DNA of 34,648 nucleotides from Thermoplasmata archaeon (lineage in GTDB: Archaea; Thermoplasmatota; DAOVMN01), in contig DAOVMN010000001.1 in NCBI GenBank assembly GCA_030630685.1, forward strand, positions 1-34,648. The letters are read 5' to 3'. Positions within the stretch are counted from its first letter, which is position 1, and the number at the start of each line of letters is the position of its first letter. Positions 1 through 8,127 of this stretch are shown piece by piece. The position numbers and the translations under genes are program-made. The notes below the pieces were generated by a model. The model was not told the origin of the DNA, ran no database searches, and worked only from the letters and a program-made list of their open reading frames with translations.

Positions 1-81
1 ACACGGATGACACGGATTTGGCGGATTCCCGCGGATTTTTCATTGATCCGTGTTTATCTGTGTGATCCGCGTCATCCGCGT
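1..81. repeat. Cluster of seven ACRCGGAT-like octamers: direct copies at 1, 10, 19, 29 and inverted copies at 46, 65, 74. The outer arms 1-17 and 65-81 form a 15/17 inverted repeat.
   Basis: Read directly: acacggat, acacggat, tggcggat, ccgcggat, then atccgtgt, atccgcgt, atccgcgt. Neighbouring copies are 9-10 nt apart. The cluster is truncated by the window edge. Confidence 0.6.
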
Positions 82-141
82 TCCTATTTGCTACCTTACA
101 ACATTGTCCCTTCCACGATTGGGGCAGGGCCGGGTAATGTG

Positions 142-197
142 AAATTTAATAAGAAATAACAAAGTCTGATGCAAACCATCCCCATTTCTCAAGGAGG
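142..197 (+). promoter_or_regulatory. TATA-like box (aaatttaataag, 142-153) plus Shine-Dalgarno AAGGAGG (191-197) for the 206 CDS
   Basis: The AT-rich box lies about 55 nt upstream of the ATG. AAGGAGG lies 8 nt upstream of the ATG at 206. Confidence 0.4.
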
Positions 198-205
198 AAA
201 ACAGA

Positions 206-1939
206 ATGTGGAACAGCGACGACCTCAAACAAACCCTCCGCCGGATCGACGGACTGGGCTACAAGGCCTACAAAGACCTTCGTGGGAGCTACGATTTCGT
301 GGACTACACCCTTATTATCGATCATGTCCAGGGGGACCCCTTTGCCTCCCCAAGCCGGGTGCGTGTGCAGGTACCTCAGAAAGCCGCAGGATTCCCTGAG
401 GATACCTACCGGAACAAGAGCCGTGAGATCGCTTTACGGGATTTCCTCACCCGCTGCTTCAATGCGGCCTGCAGGGGATTCGTTAATGGAAAGCGCGGGA
501 TCGGGAAGAGCGGGATCATTTCCATGGACAGGCCTGGGCAGGAGATTCTAAAGCGCACATCGGTGTTCGTCTCTGCCCAATACCTGGAAGCCCGATTCGT
601 GATGGGGCTACCTGCCTTCGGAAGAAGGATTGCGGGACGACATGCAGAAGACATGTTCTTCGAGGAGCTCCCAAGAATAGTGGAAAGCTCACTCTTTTTC
701 AGAAACCTGAATGAAAAGGAGCTTTACGAGCATATCAAAACTGCGGAGGATGCCGACTTCCTGAGGAATAGATTGCAGGAAATAGGTATAGTGGCCTTCG
801 TTGCAGACGGGGCGGTTCTTCCCCGTGTCACCGGGATCGACCCTCGGCCTTTGAGAGGGGAGAATGTGGTGCCCTTCCGGTCTCCGGAATCGCTCAGGAT
901 CGAAATGGAGCTCCCTAATCGCGGTACCATTACCGGCATGGGGATACCCGAAGGCGTCACCCTCATCGTCGGAGGAGGCTACCACGGCAAATCCACGCTG
1001 CTTTCCGCACTCGAACTCGGGGTGTACAATCACATCCCTAAGGACGGAAGGGAACTGGTGGTATCCGGCCCGAGCACAGTGAAGATCAGGGCAGAGGACG
1101 GCAGAAGGATCGAGAAAGTAGATATTTCTCCCTTTATCACAAACCTGCCTTTCGGACAGGATACCCGGGAGTTCTCGACCGAGGACGCAAGCGGGAGCAC
1201 CTCCCAGGCGGCCAACATCATCGAGGCCCTGGAAGTGGGGGCAAGGGTGCTGCTCATAGACGAGGACACCTCTGCCACAAACTTCATGATCAGGGACCAC
1301 AGAATGCAGGAGCTCGTATCCAAGGAGAGGGAGCCCATAACTCCCTTTATAGACAAGGTACGCCAGCTTTACAGCGATCTTGGCGTCTCCACCATCCTGG
1401 TCATCGGGGGTTCGGGGGACTACTTCGATGTGGCGGATCGCGTGATCTGCATGTTGGAGTACAGACCTATAGATATGACAGGCGAGGCAAGGGCCATTGC
1501 AGAGAAGTACAGGGCGGAGCGCACGTCCGAGGGTGGAGAGCACTTCGGCCACATCACGCGGCGAATCCCCTTGGCACAAAGCTTCGACCCGAGCAGGGGC
1601 AGAAGGGAGGTCAGGATCTCCCCCAAAGGGCTCCAATCCATAGCGTTTGGGACACACAACATCGACCTTGGTGCAGTGGAGCAGCTTGTGGATACGAGCC
1701 AGACAAGGGCCATCGGGGATGCCATCCACTATGCCACAGGATTCATGGACGGCAAAAAAACTTTGAATGAGATCGTGGAGGAAGTAATGAATGCAGTAAA
1801 AGAAAGCGGCCTAAATGTGCTCTCTCCAAGACCTGTGGGGGACTATGCCGTGTTCAGGGCACACGAGCTTGCGGCGGCCATCAACCGCCTCAGGACGTTA
1901 GCAGTGAGGCAGGACAGAGGCAACTCGGGAATGGGGTGA
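206..1939 (+). CDS. Predicted ABC-class ATPase (COG3044 / ABC_ATPase-domain type)
   Basis: 577-aa ORF with Walker A GGGYHGKSTLL and Walker B LLIDEDTSATNF. A strong SD lies upstream. The long antisense ORFs are shadows. Confidence 0.8.
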   Translation: MWNSDDLKQTLRRIDGLGYKAYKDLRGSYDFVDYTLIIDHVQGDPFASPSRVRVQVPQKAAGFPEDTYRNKSREIALRDFLTRCFNAACRGFVNGKRGIGKSGIISMDRPGQEILKRTSVFVSAQYLEARFVMGLPAFGRRIAGRHAEDMFFEELPRIVESSLFFRNLNEKELYEHIKTAEDADFLRNRLQEIGIVAFVADGAVLPRVTGIDPRPLRGENVVPFRSPESLRIEMELPNRGTITGMGIPEGVTLIVGGGYHGKSTLLSALELGVYNHIPKDGRELVVSGPSTVKIRAEDGRRIEKVDISPFITNLPFGQDTREFSTEDASGSTSQAANIIEALEVGARVLLIDEDTSATNFMIRDHRMQELVSKEREPITPFIDKVRQLYSDLGVSTILVIGGSGDYFDVADRVICMLEYRPIDMTGEARAIAEKYRAERTSEGGEHFGHITRRIPLAQSFDPSRGRREVRISPKGLQSIAFGTHNIDLGAVEQLVDTSQTRAIGDAIHYATGFMDGKKTLNEIVEEVMNAVKESGLNVLSPRPVGDYAVFRAHELAAAINRLRTLAVRQDRGNSGMG

Positions 1940-1943
1940 TAGG

Positions 1944-3104
1944 ATCACAAAACACATAATTGCCTTTTTCATCAATCCCATCGCAGGAATGGGCGGAAGG
2001 GTGGGCCTTAAAGGTACCGACAACATGGCAGAGAAAGCACGGGCCCTGGGAGCAGAGGAGGTATCACCTGCCCGTGCGAAGGAGGCTCTTCTCCAGCTTT
2101 TCCGCCTTCTCTCCACGGAACCCGGAATCAAACTGATCGTCCTAACACCGGAATCCCCCATGGGAAGGGAAGTTTGCAAGATGGCCATAAAAGAAGCGGG
2201 GATCAAAGAAGAAAGAGTAGCCATCGAGACCATCTATTCCCCACAGGATCCTACAACCCCGGAGGACACGAAGCGTTTCTGTGCCCTTGCGAAAGCGAGG
2301 AATGCCGAGCTCATCCTCTTTACCGGTGGCGACGGGACCGCTAAGGATGTGGTGAGTGCGGTGGGCGAGAGGTACCCGATCCTTGGGATCCCTTCCGGAG
2401 TGAAGATGCACTCAGGGGTATTCACCTGCACCCCCACCGATGCAGGTAACGCGGTCCTGGAATTCCTGAGCGGCCGGGCAGCCCTGGAAGCCCGCGAGGT
2501 CGTGGACCTGGACGAGGACGCCTACCGAGAAGGGAATATCAGGACCAGGCTCTTCGGTTATGCGGAGGTCCCTGCCACCACCCGCCTTCAGGGATGCAAG
2601 GGCGTTATATTGGGCGTGGATGATAAAGCGGACAGGGAGAGCATTGCCCTTGGACTGAAGGAATTCATGGATGAAAATCCAGGTATCTATATCCTTGGAG
2701 CAGGCTCCACCCTGAAGGACATCGGGGAGTTCCTTGGTCTAAAACTAACCCCTCTGGGATTCGATCTGGTTGCAGTGGATAAGGGAGAACTCGAGCTTCT
2801 TGGGGGGGATGTGAACGAAGAACAAATCCTACAGGTGCTTAAGGATTTCCCAGTGGAAAGAAGGTATCTGGTCATTACCCCGATAGGTGCACAGGGATTC
2901 ATTCTCGGCAGGGGGACCCAGGTCATTTCAGATAAGGTTCTTCGTGGACTTCAAAGGGAGAACCTCATGGTGGTGGCTACCCCGGGAAAGCTCGCGATCA
3001 CCCCAACCCTCAGGGTGGACACAGGAGAATTTGACAGGGATCTGAGAGGCTTCCTCAGGGTTATGACAAGCTACAGAAGGTATGCTCAAAAGAAGGTGGA
3101 ATAG
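1944..3104 (+). CDS. ATP-NAD kinase-like protein (COG3199 type)
   Basis: The first ATG is at 1989 (MGGRVGLKGTD...). The frame is open from 1908 and encodes ITKHIIAFFINPIAG just upstream, which looks like the family's conserved first strand. No ATG/GTG/TTG occurs there. ATC at 1944 follows GGGGTGA by 4 nt. The 5' end is therefore uncertain. Confidence 0.7.
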   Translation: MTKHIIAFFINPIAGMGGRVGLKGTDNMAEKARALGAEEVSPARAKEALLQLFRLLSTEPGIKLIVLTPESPMGREVCKMAIKEAGIKEERVAIETIYSPQDPTTPEDTKRFCALAKARNAELILFTGGDGTAKDVVSAVGERYPILGIPSGVKMHSGVFTCTPTDAGNAVLEFLSGRAALEAREVVDLDEDAYREGNIRTRLFGYAEVPATTRLQGCKGVILGVDDKADRESIALGLKEFMDENPGIYILGAGSTLKDIGEFLGLKLTPLGFDLVAVDKGELELLGGDVNEEQILQVLKDFPVERRYLVITPIGAQGFILGRGTQVISDKVLRGLQRENLMVVATPGKLAITPTLRVDTGEFDRDLRGFLRVMTSYRRYAQKKVE

Positions 3105-3105
3105 A

Positions 3106-3693
3106 TTAGCCCGATCTCTCCCCGATTTCCTTCTTCTCAAGTTCCTTTAGGATCTCGAATGGAGGGTTGACCGGGTCGAGAGATTGGAGGAGCTCGGATG
3201 CCATTTTCTTGCTGATGTTAAGGGTCCTGAGGAGGTAGTAGATGGAGATCGTTGTCACCTTTTTCTTGTGCTCTTCCTCAAGGTCTAACAGCCTCTTTGT
3301 GTTGTAATAGAACTCTATGGCAAACTCGGAATAGTAGAGATAGGCATTCTCGGGGTCGATCTTTGCGGCATTTCTGTAGCATTCCTCTGCCCTCCTGAAG
3401 AGACCGTTATCAAGACAGAACCCCCCATATCTAACGTAATAGAGTGGGTTCTTACCATCAAGTTCGATGACCTTTTCATAGAGTTCACCGATATCCCGGA
3501 CCGTGAGCTTGGGGATGCCTATGGAGGCCTCTGCTTTACTGAAATACCCCCGTGGATCCCCGGGCCTCGCCTTGATGGCCTTATTGAATCTGGATACGGC
3601 ACCTTTGAAGTCAAGGCGATTAAGGAGCTGTTCACCCTGAGCAAGTGTTTTCTCTATCTCGTCATCTTTCTTTTCCACGGTTTTGTCCGCCAT
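3106..3693 (-). CDS. TPR-repeat protein
   Basis: Repeated A/Y/F-spaced 34-aa-like helical units (e.g. AEECYRNAAKIDPENAYLYY). The ORF track starts at TTG 3711. ATG 3693 has GAGGT upstream. Confidence 0.65.
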   Translation of the reverse strand: MADKTVEKKDDEIEKTLAQGEQLLNRLDFKGAVSRFNKAIKARPGDPRGYFSKAEASIGIPKLTVRDIGELYEKVIELDGKNPLYYVRYGGFCLDNGLFRRAEECYRNAAKIDPENAYLYYSEFAIEFYYNTKRLLDLEEEHKKKVTTISIYYLLRTLNISKKMASELLQSLDPVNPPFEILKELEKKEIGERSG

Positions 3694-3931
3694 GCTCATA
3701 CCTCTCAACAAGGATTCTGTTTTTTATAAATAAGCCTTACTGAAAAGGTATAAATAGTGGTTATGGTTAGGCCGCACTGGGATATAAGGAGTCCGGGAGT
3801 GACACAAAAATGTGAGGGGCAATAATGAGCGCCGGTTGCTGAAACGGGGCATTAGAAAGGCTTATATATGAGCTCGACATCTCCTTTTATGGCCTTTGGG
3901 CAATAAGCCCTACACAAAAGGGAGCCAATCT

Positions 3932-4099
3932 ATGGGAAACATCGATAAGATAATGGCACTCTTCAAGCCCAAGAAGACGACTGAGGAAACCTCCGAGGCA
4001 CCTGAGCCCCTCACACCCAAAAAAGAGGAAGAAGAAACCTCTGAAGCACCTGAGGATATCAAGCCAAAAGAAGAGGAAGAAGAGTCCTCTGAGGAATAA
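3932..4099 (+). CDS. Small acidic repeat protein (hypothetical)
   Basis: GGGAG lies 7 nt upstream of ATG 3932 and a TATA-like ttatatat lies at 3862-3869. The protein has internal EETSEAPE repeats. Because it is low-complexity, the antisense frame is also open. Confidence 0.3.
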   Translation: MGNIDKIMALFKPKKTTEETSEAPEPLTPKKEEEETSEAPEDIKPKEEEEESSEE

Positions 4100-4172
4100 A
4101 CCTACTCGCAATTTAGTCTTACGAGGCAGGAAATCAGCACTTCTACGGGATGGGGAAAAGCAACCAAACCCA

Positions 4173-4199
4173 GAAATCCTCCTTCAGGGGATTTCTTTT
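4173..4199 (+). terminator. Stem-loop (GAAATCC / GGATTTC) followed by TTTT
   Basis: 7-bp stem at 4173-4179 and 4189-4195, then cttttc. It lies downstream of the small ORF. Confidence 0.35.
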
Positions 4200-4311
4200 C
4201 ATTCTGGGGCAGAGAGCAATCTTTCCCTTCAGATCATTCTGTTGACATTCAAACGGGCTAAAAATTGAAATATCAAAACTGAGTTCTTCGCATAGTCTAA
4301 TGTCAAGAAGC

Positions 4312-4385
4312 GGGCTTATGGTCTAGCTGGTTATGACGTCGCCCTCACACGGCGAAGATCTCCGGTTCGAATCCGGATAAGCCCA
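4312..4385 (+). tRNA. tRNA-Val (anticodon CAC)
   Basis: Hand-folded cloverleaf. Acceptor GGGCTTA/TAAGCCC, anticodon arm TCGCC-CTCACAC-GGCGA, T arm TCCGG-TTCGAAT-CCGGA, discriminator A. No encoded CCA. Confidence 0.9.
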
Positions 4386-4417
4386 CTCATCCCTATCATC
4401 AAAATGGGGGCACACTA

Positions 4418-5188
4418 TTGAAAGCAAACATATTCCTGTTTTTCATGGGCACCGCAGGCGCAGGCAAATCCACCATGACCAGTGCGTTTCAGAGCTGGAT
4501 GTTCGGCCAGGGCTACGATGCCGTAACCGTCAACCTGGACCCTGGAGCAATCAATCTGCCCTATTCGCCGGATGTGGACATTCGTGACTGGGTAAGGTTG
4601 GAAGAGGTGATGGACGAGTACAGCCTCGGTCCAAACGGTGCGCAGGTCACCTCCTCGGATCTCATGTACCTTTATATCGAGGACATACGCCAGAGCTTGG
4701 AGGGATTCCGGACAGACTATTTCCTTGTGGACACGCCCGGTCAGATCGAGCTTTTTGCCTATCGGGATACCTCAAATGACATGATTCGGTCCATCTCGAT
4801 CGGGGGATCGGCGGCTGTCTATCTCTTCGAACCCCATCTTGCCAGCACCCCTGCCGGTATGGTCTCCCAGCTTGCCTTGGCCTCCTCTGTGAAATACCGG
4901 CTCGGGATGCCATTCATCCAGGTTCTCAATAAGGCGGACATGCTAAAACCCGAGGTAAGGGAGAGGATCATGAGATGGGCGAACCCTGAGGTTCTGTATG
5001 CGGAACTAACCTCAAATGGGGGATCCATGAACAACGAGCTTGGCGTGGGGCTCTTCAGGGCGCTGGAGTGTACCGGAGAGGCTGTTAGGCTCATCCCCTG
5101 CTCTGCTGCCACCATGGAGGGCATAGAGGATATCTACAGTGCTGTGCAGGCGCTCTTCATGGGCGGGGAGGATCTCGATCAGGAGTAA
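4418..5188 (+). CDS. GPN-loop GTPase
   Basis: P-loop GTAGAGKST, GPN motif (LGPNGA) and NKAD. A TTG start at 4418 is needed to keep the strand preceding the P-loop. Confidence 0.85.
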   Translation: MKANIFLFFMGTAGAGKSTMTSAFQSWMFGQGYDAVTVNLDPGAINLPYSPDVDIRDWVRLEEVMDEYSLGPNGAQVTSSDLMYLYIEDIRQSLEGFRTDYFLVDTPGQIELFAYRDTSNDMIRSISIGGSAAVYLFEPHLASTPAGMVSQLALASSVKYRLGMPFIQVLNKADMLKPEVRERIMRWANPEVLYAELTSNGGSMNNELGVGLFRALECTGEAVRLIPCSAATMEGIEDIYSAVQALFMGGEDLDQE

Positions 5189-5618
5189 TTTCATCTTACG
5201 AGCATTAATCTTTTTTACCACCTCTCCCTTGCGAGGCTGATGCGCGTAGAATACTTTTGTCTACTAAGGGCCAACCTCATAATAAGATGGCGATTTCCAA
5301 CTTTTCTGTGGCAGGTAATTAGACCAGTAATTTAAAGAAACACCGCATATTCTCTGTCATTTCAAGCCCTTCACTTTTAAGCCTTTTGAGATACAGATAA
5401 TGAAATTCGATAAGTTACTTTTTGGCAAGTCCTAAGTCAGGATGGTTATCCAAGATAGCCATTCTTGAATTATCGATGGCACTTAGGAGAAAACTTAAAG
5501 ATTTAGAAACAGATAGGCAAGCGATTCCAGAATTTTGAAAGATTTTCATATTCGACGGATATTAATTTAATTCAAAGTAAAAGAAATTCGCGCCCTTTAC
5601 CTTACCCAGGTGTATAAT

Positions 5619-6272
5619 ATGTCAATATTAACCGATGTTGAAATCCTTGAAGCCATTGAGCAAAAAGAAATAAAGATTGAGCCTTTTGATGATCCTGGCA
5701 TGTTAGTAGGTGTTACTTATGACTTAAGAGTCGGAGGAGAATGTTATATTGGAGGCCAAGAGGATAAGATTTATTTATCTGATGATCCCTCAGGCAAACA
5801 TAGTTTGCACATCCCTCCAAGGCAATTCGCAATTCTCGAAACCTATGAATCCATAACATTTGGACCCTCGATAGCAGGGAGATTTGGTTTAATCTCTAAG
5901 TATTCAAAAAAAGGGTTAGTTTTCCTCAGTGGCCCAGTTGTTGATCCCACATTTTCAGGCTCTATTAAAATTGGTATATATAATACTAGTTCCCATGACA
6001 TATATCTCTCATTTAAGGAACCTATTTGTACAATCGTTTTCTATAAAGTTGGTCAAATTAAAAATCTGCCAAAAAATCTAGATAATTTAGGTCGAGGAAT
6101 AAAAAGTGATGATGTGGATTATCTTAAAACAAATTATGGGTTGAGTGAATTTGAGAAAAGGCTATCAAAGATTGAAAATAACTTTATACTAATGAAAAAG
6201 ATTGGATGGATAGTATTAGCAGCTCTTATAAGTGGATTTATTGGTTTTCTTTTTGGGATGTTCAGTTGGTGA
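5619..6272 (+). CDS. dCTP deaminase/dUTPase-fold (Dcd-like) protein with a C-terminal transmembrane helix
   Basis: N-terminus MSILTDVEILEAIEQKEIKIEPF and VVDPTFSGSIKIGIYN align by eye to Dcd IDPGWSGCIVLEFYN. The C-terminal IGWIVLAALISGFIGFLFGMFSW is hydrophobic. The stop lies 4 nt before the thyX ATG. Confidence 0.6.
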   Translation: MSILTDVEILEAIEQKEIKIEPFDDPGMLVGVTYDLRVGGECYIGGQEDKIYLSDDPSGKHSLHIPPRQFAILETYESITFGPSIAGRFGLISKYSKKGLVFLSGPVVDPTFSGSIKIGIYNTSSHDIYLSFKEPICTIVFYKVGQIKNLPKNLDNLGRGIKSDDVDYLKTNYGLSEFEKRLSKIENNFILMKKIGWIVLAALISGFIGFLFGMFSW

Positions 6273-6276
6273 TATC

Positions 6277-7146
6277 ATGAAAGTTGCTTTAATTAAATAT
6301 ACGCCAGATCCTGAGATATTATGTGCATTGGCTGCAAAATCATGCCACACGAAAGCCTTTCCAAAGGTTACAAAAAAAGAGTCTACTGACCTTTTAACGC
6401 AGATTATTAATCCAAAATCGATTTATATTGTTGATGAAAATCAGTCATCTCTTTATGATTTTTATGAGAATGGTGGAAGGGAGAAAATTAGTGAGGAATC
6501 GAGTGAAGAGATTATTCGCTTTGTAAGCACCGCAGGGCACCATAGCGTGTTAGAACATAGTTCATTCACGTTTGTAATTGAAGGCATTTCAAGAGCATGT
6601 AGCCACCAAATGGTTAGGCACAGAATTGCCTCTTTTACACAACAAAGTCAGAGATATGTAAATTTAAAAACCTTTGATTACATAATTCCCCCGAAAATAG
6701 CTAATAACACTGAGGCTATGACTGAGTATAAAAAAATTATTAAGAAGATAAAAGGGGGGTATAAAGATCTATTAAAGTTAGGAATTCCAAAAGAGGACAT
6801 TCGTTATCTTTTACCTAATGCCACTTCAACAAACCTCATTATGACTATGAACGCTCGTTCTTTACTTCATTTTTTTAGTTTGAGATGCTGTATGAGGGCT
6901 CAGTGGGAGGTTAGAGAGGTTGCTAACAAGATGCTCCAACAAGTGAAAAATGTTTCTCCAATCATATTTGCTAATGCTGGGGCTCCATGTGAAAGAGGCT
7001 TCTGCCCAGAGGGCGATCTAACGTGCGGGCGTTTAGAAAAAATAAAAAGAAAAGAAAAGCTCAGGTTAGACGAGATAAAGGACGAGGAATCTTACAGTAG
7101 TCCCACAGAAAGTCAAGGAAAAAACCAAGCTGAAGTCCAAGTTTGA
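6277..7146 (+). CDS. thyX: Flavin-dependent thymidylate synthase ThyX (cassette copy, full length)
   Basis: ThyX signature RHRIASFTQQSQRY, plus GHHSVLEH and [20 protein letters not shown]. Confidence 0.85.
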   Translation: MKVALIKYTPDPEILCALAAKSCHTKAFPKVTKKESTDLLTQIINPKSIYIVDENQSSLYDFYENGGREKISEESSEEIIRFVSTAGHHSVLEHSSFTFVIEGISRACSHQMVRHRIASFTQQSQRYVNLKTFDYIIPPKIANNTEAMTEYKKIIKKIKGGYKDLLKLGIPKEDIRYLLPNATSTNLIMTMNARSLLHFFSLRCCMRAQWEVREVANKMLQQVKNVSPIIFANAGAPCERGFCPEGDLTCGRLEKIKRKEKLRLDEIKDEESYSSPTESQGKNQAEVQV

Positions 7147-7192
7147 GTGTTAATAGTCGAGATATTGGTCTTATACAGTAATCAACCGAACA

Positions 7193-7519
7193 TTACTCGA
7201 GGCTGGGGTAGTCAATGAGGACGCCAGGTACGTTCTCCCGAATGCGGCCAAGAACAACATCACCATCACCATGAACGCGCGGGAGCTATTGCACTTCTTT
7301 TCCCTACGCTGCTGCAATAGGGCACAGTGGGAGATCCGGGAGCTCGCCCTGAAGATGCTTGAGAAGGTAAAGAAGGTGGCCCCAAAGATCTTCGAGAAGG
7401 CCGGTGCGGCGTGTGTGGTCCTGGGTTATTGTCCGGAAACAGAAAGCTGCGGTAGAGCCCCTCCGCTGAAGGAGATTATAGGGACGCACAGGAAAGGCAA
7501 GGCCAAGAGAGAGGATTAA
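7193..7519 (+). pseudogene. thyX: 3' fragment of a second, normal-GC thyX (lacks the N-terminal two thirds including the RHR motif)
   Basis: The frame reads [50 protein letters not shown]... This parallels residues [50 protein letters not shown] of the cassette ThyX. An in-frame stop lies at 7154-7156. Confidence 0.75.
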
Positions 7520-7527
7520 TTGGAGGG

Positions 7528-8022
7528 CTATCCTATCTTTAGTTCCACCATCTCCTCCTGTGCAGCGAAATCCATGATTCTTACCCTGGAGATTACCTCC
7601 ACTATCACAGGGGAATGAGCCGTTTTCTCAGGGAAAAATAGGAGGCCATTGATCTCTTCTTTCCCTATCAGAAGCGTGCATGGGAGAGAGATTCCGGGAT
7701 AGTACTCTTTTCCATCCTTCTCGAAACCATTGATCAGGATGCCTTTATGTTCCTTCAGCTTCTCGATATCTTCAAGTTCCGCACTGCCAATCCCCTCGAG
7801 GCGGATGTTGAGGGTGCCTGGAAAAGGGGGGGTGTGGAGCAGTCTTGTGAACTGTTCCGTGTATTCGGGGATGGAGAGGTATTCCTTACCCTCCCCTACC
7901 CCTGGGACGATTTTACCCCTAAGTTTGAGGGCTAACTGGTGGCCTGATGGGCTCATCACCTTCGACACACCCGGCCGGATTAATACATTTTTCCCAGAAT
8001 CTCCCTTGAGGCTGCAGGTCAT
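7528..8022 (-). CDS. ribK: CTP-dependent (archaeal-type) riboflavin kinase
   Basis: GKIVPGVGEGKEY...PGTLNI motifs resemble MJ0056-type kinases. The start could be ATG 8022 or ATG 7956. Confidence 0.75.
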   Translation of the reverse strand: MTCSLKGDSGKNVLIRPGVSKVMSPSGHQLALKLRGKIVPGVGEGKEYLSIPEYTEQFTRLLHTPPFPGTLNIRLEGIGSAELEDIEKLKEHKGILINGFEKDGKEYYPGISLPCTLLIGKEEINGLLFFPEKTAHSPVIVEVISRVRIMDFAAQEEMVELKIG

Positions 8023-8127
8023 CTCCTCGGAAAAAAACGCATAGCCGCTGCAGTGAGCTCAGGACGGAGCGAAGCTAGGATCTGGGTCGGAGAGACCGAA
8101 GGGAGCGAAGCGTTTTCCAGAAGGAGC

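Larger units (their letters stand above)
5256..7190 (+). mobile_element. AT-rich acquired cassette (about 355 nt non-coding, then a Dcd-like gene and thyX). No recombinase gene is present.
   Basis: Base composition shifts sharply to AT-rich after about 5255 and back near 7190 (judged by eye). The cargo is a nucleotide-metabolism pair typical of viruses and plasmids. Boundaries are approximate. Confidence 0.45.

Noticed and set aside
1-81. Edge repeat clusters (1-81 and 34387-34507) as replication-origin ORB elements
   Set aside because: There is no adjacent orc1/cdc6 gene and no clearly AT-rich unwinding element between the repeats. The units are much shorter than ORB boxes. The window edges prevent a full view.
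689-1729. 346-aa ORF on the minus strand (and other long antisense ORFs, e.g. 26119-26826 and 13925-14443)
   Set aside because: They lie entirely inside genes whose sense frames carry clear family motifs (Walker A/B, GDH and Ugd signatures). They have no motifs of their own and are typical shadow ORFs of moderately GC-rich coding DNA.
5189-5609. Fragmentary short ORFs in the AT-rich leader of the cassette (e.g. MKFDKLLFGKS, MALRRKLKDLETDRQAIPEF), considered as a remnant integrase or other decayed gene
   Set aside because: Each is no longer than 31 codons, they are interrupted in all frames, and none resembles a recombinase motif by eye. The MRVE stub at 5240 is mentioned only tentatively under the thyX finding.
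8045-8115. Possible degenerate fifth member of the hairpin family (two GCGAAGC cores at 8069-8075 and 8105-8111, and TCGG-agaga-CCGA at 8087-8099)
   Set aside because: The conserved linkers (catgag, ccggttga, tcgataagg) are absent. GCGAAGC alone is expected a few times by chance in 35 kb on both strands. It is worth including only if a genome-wide model scores it.
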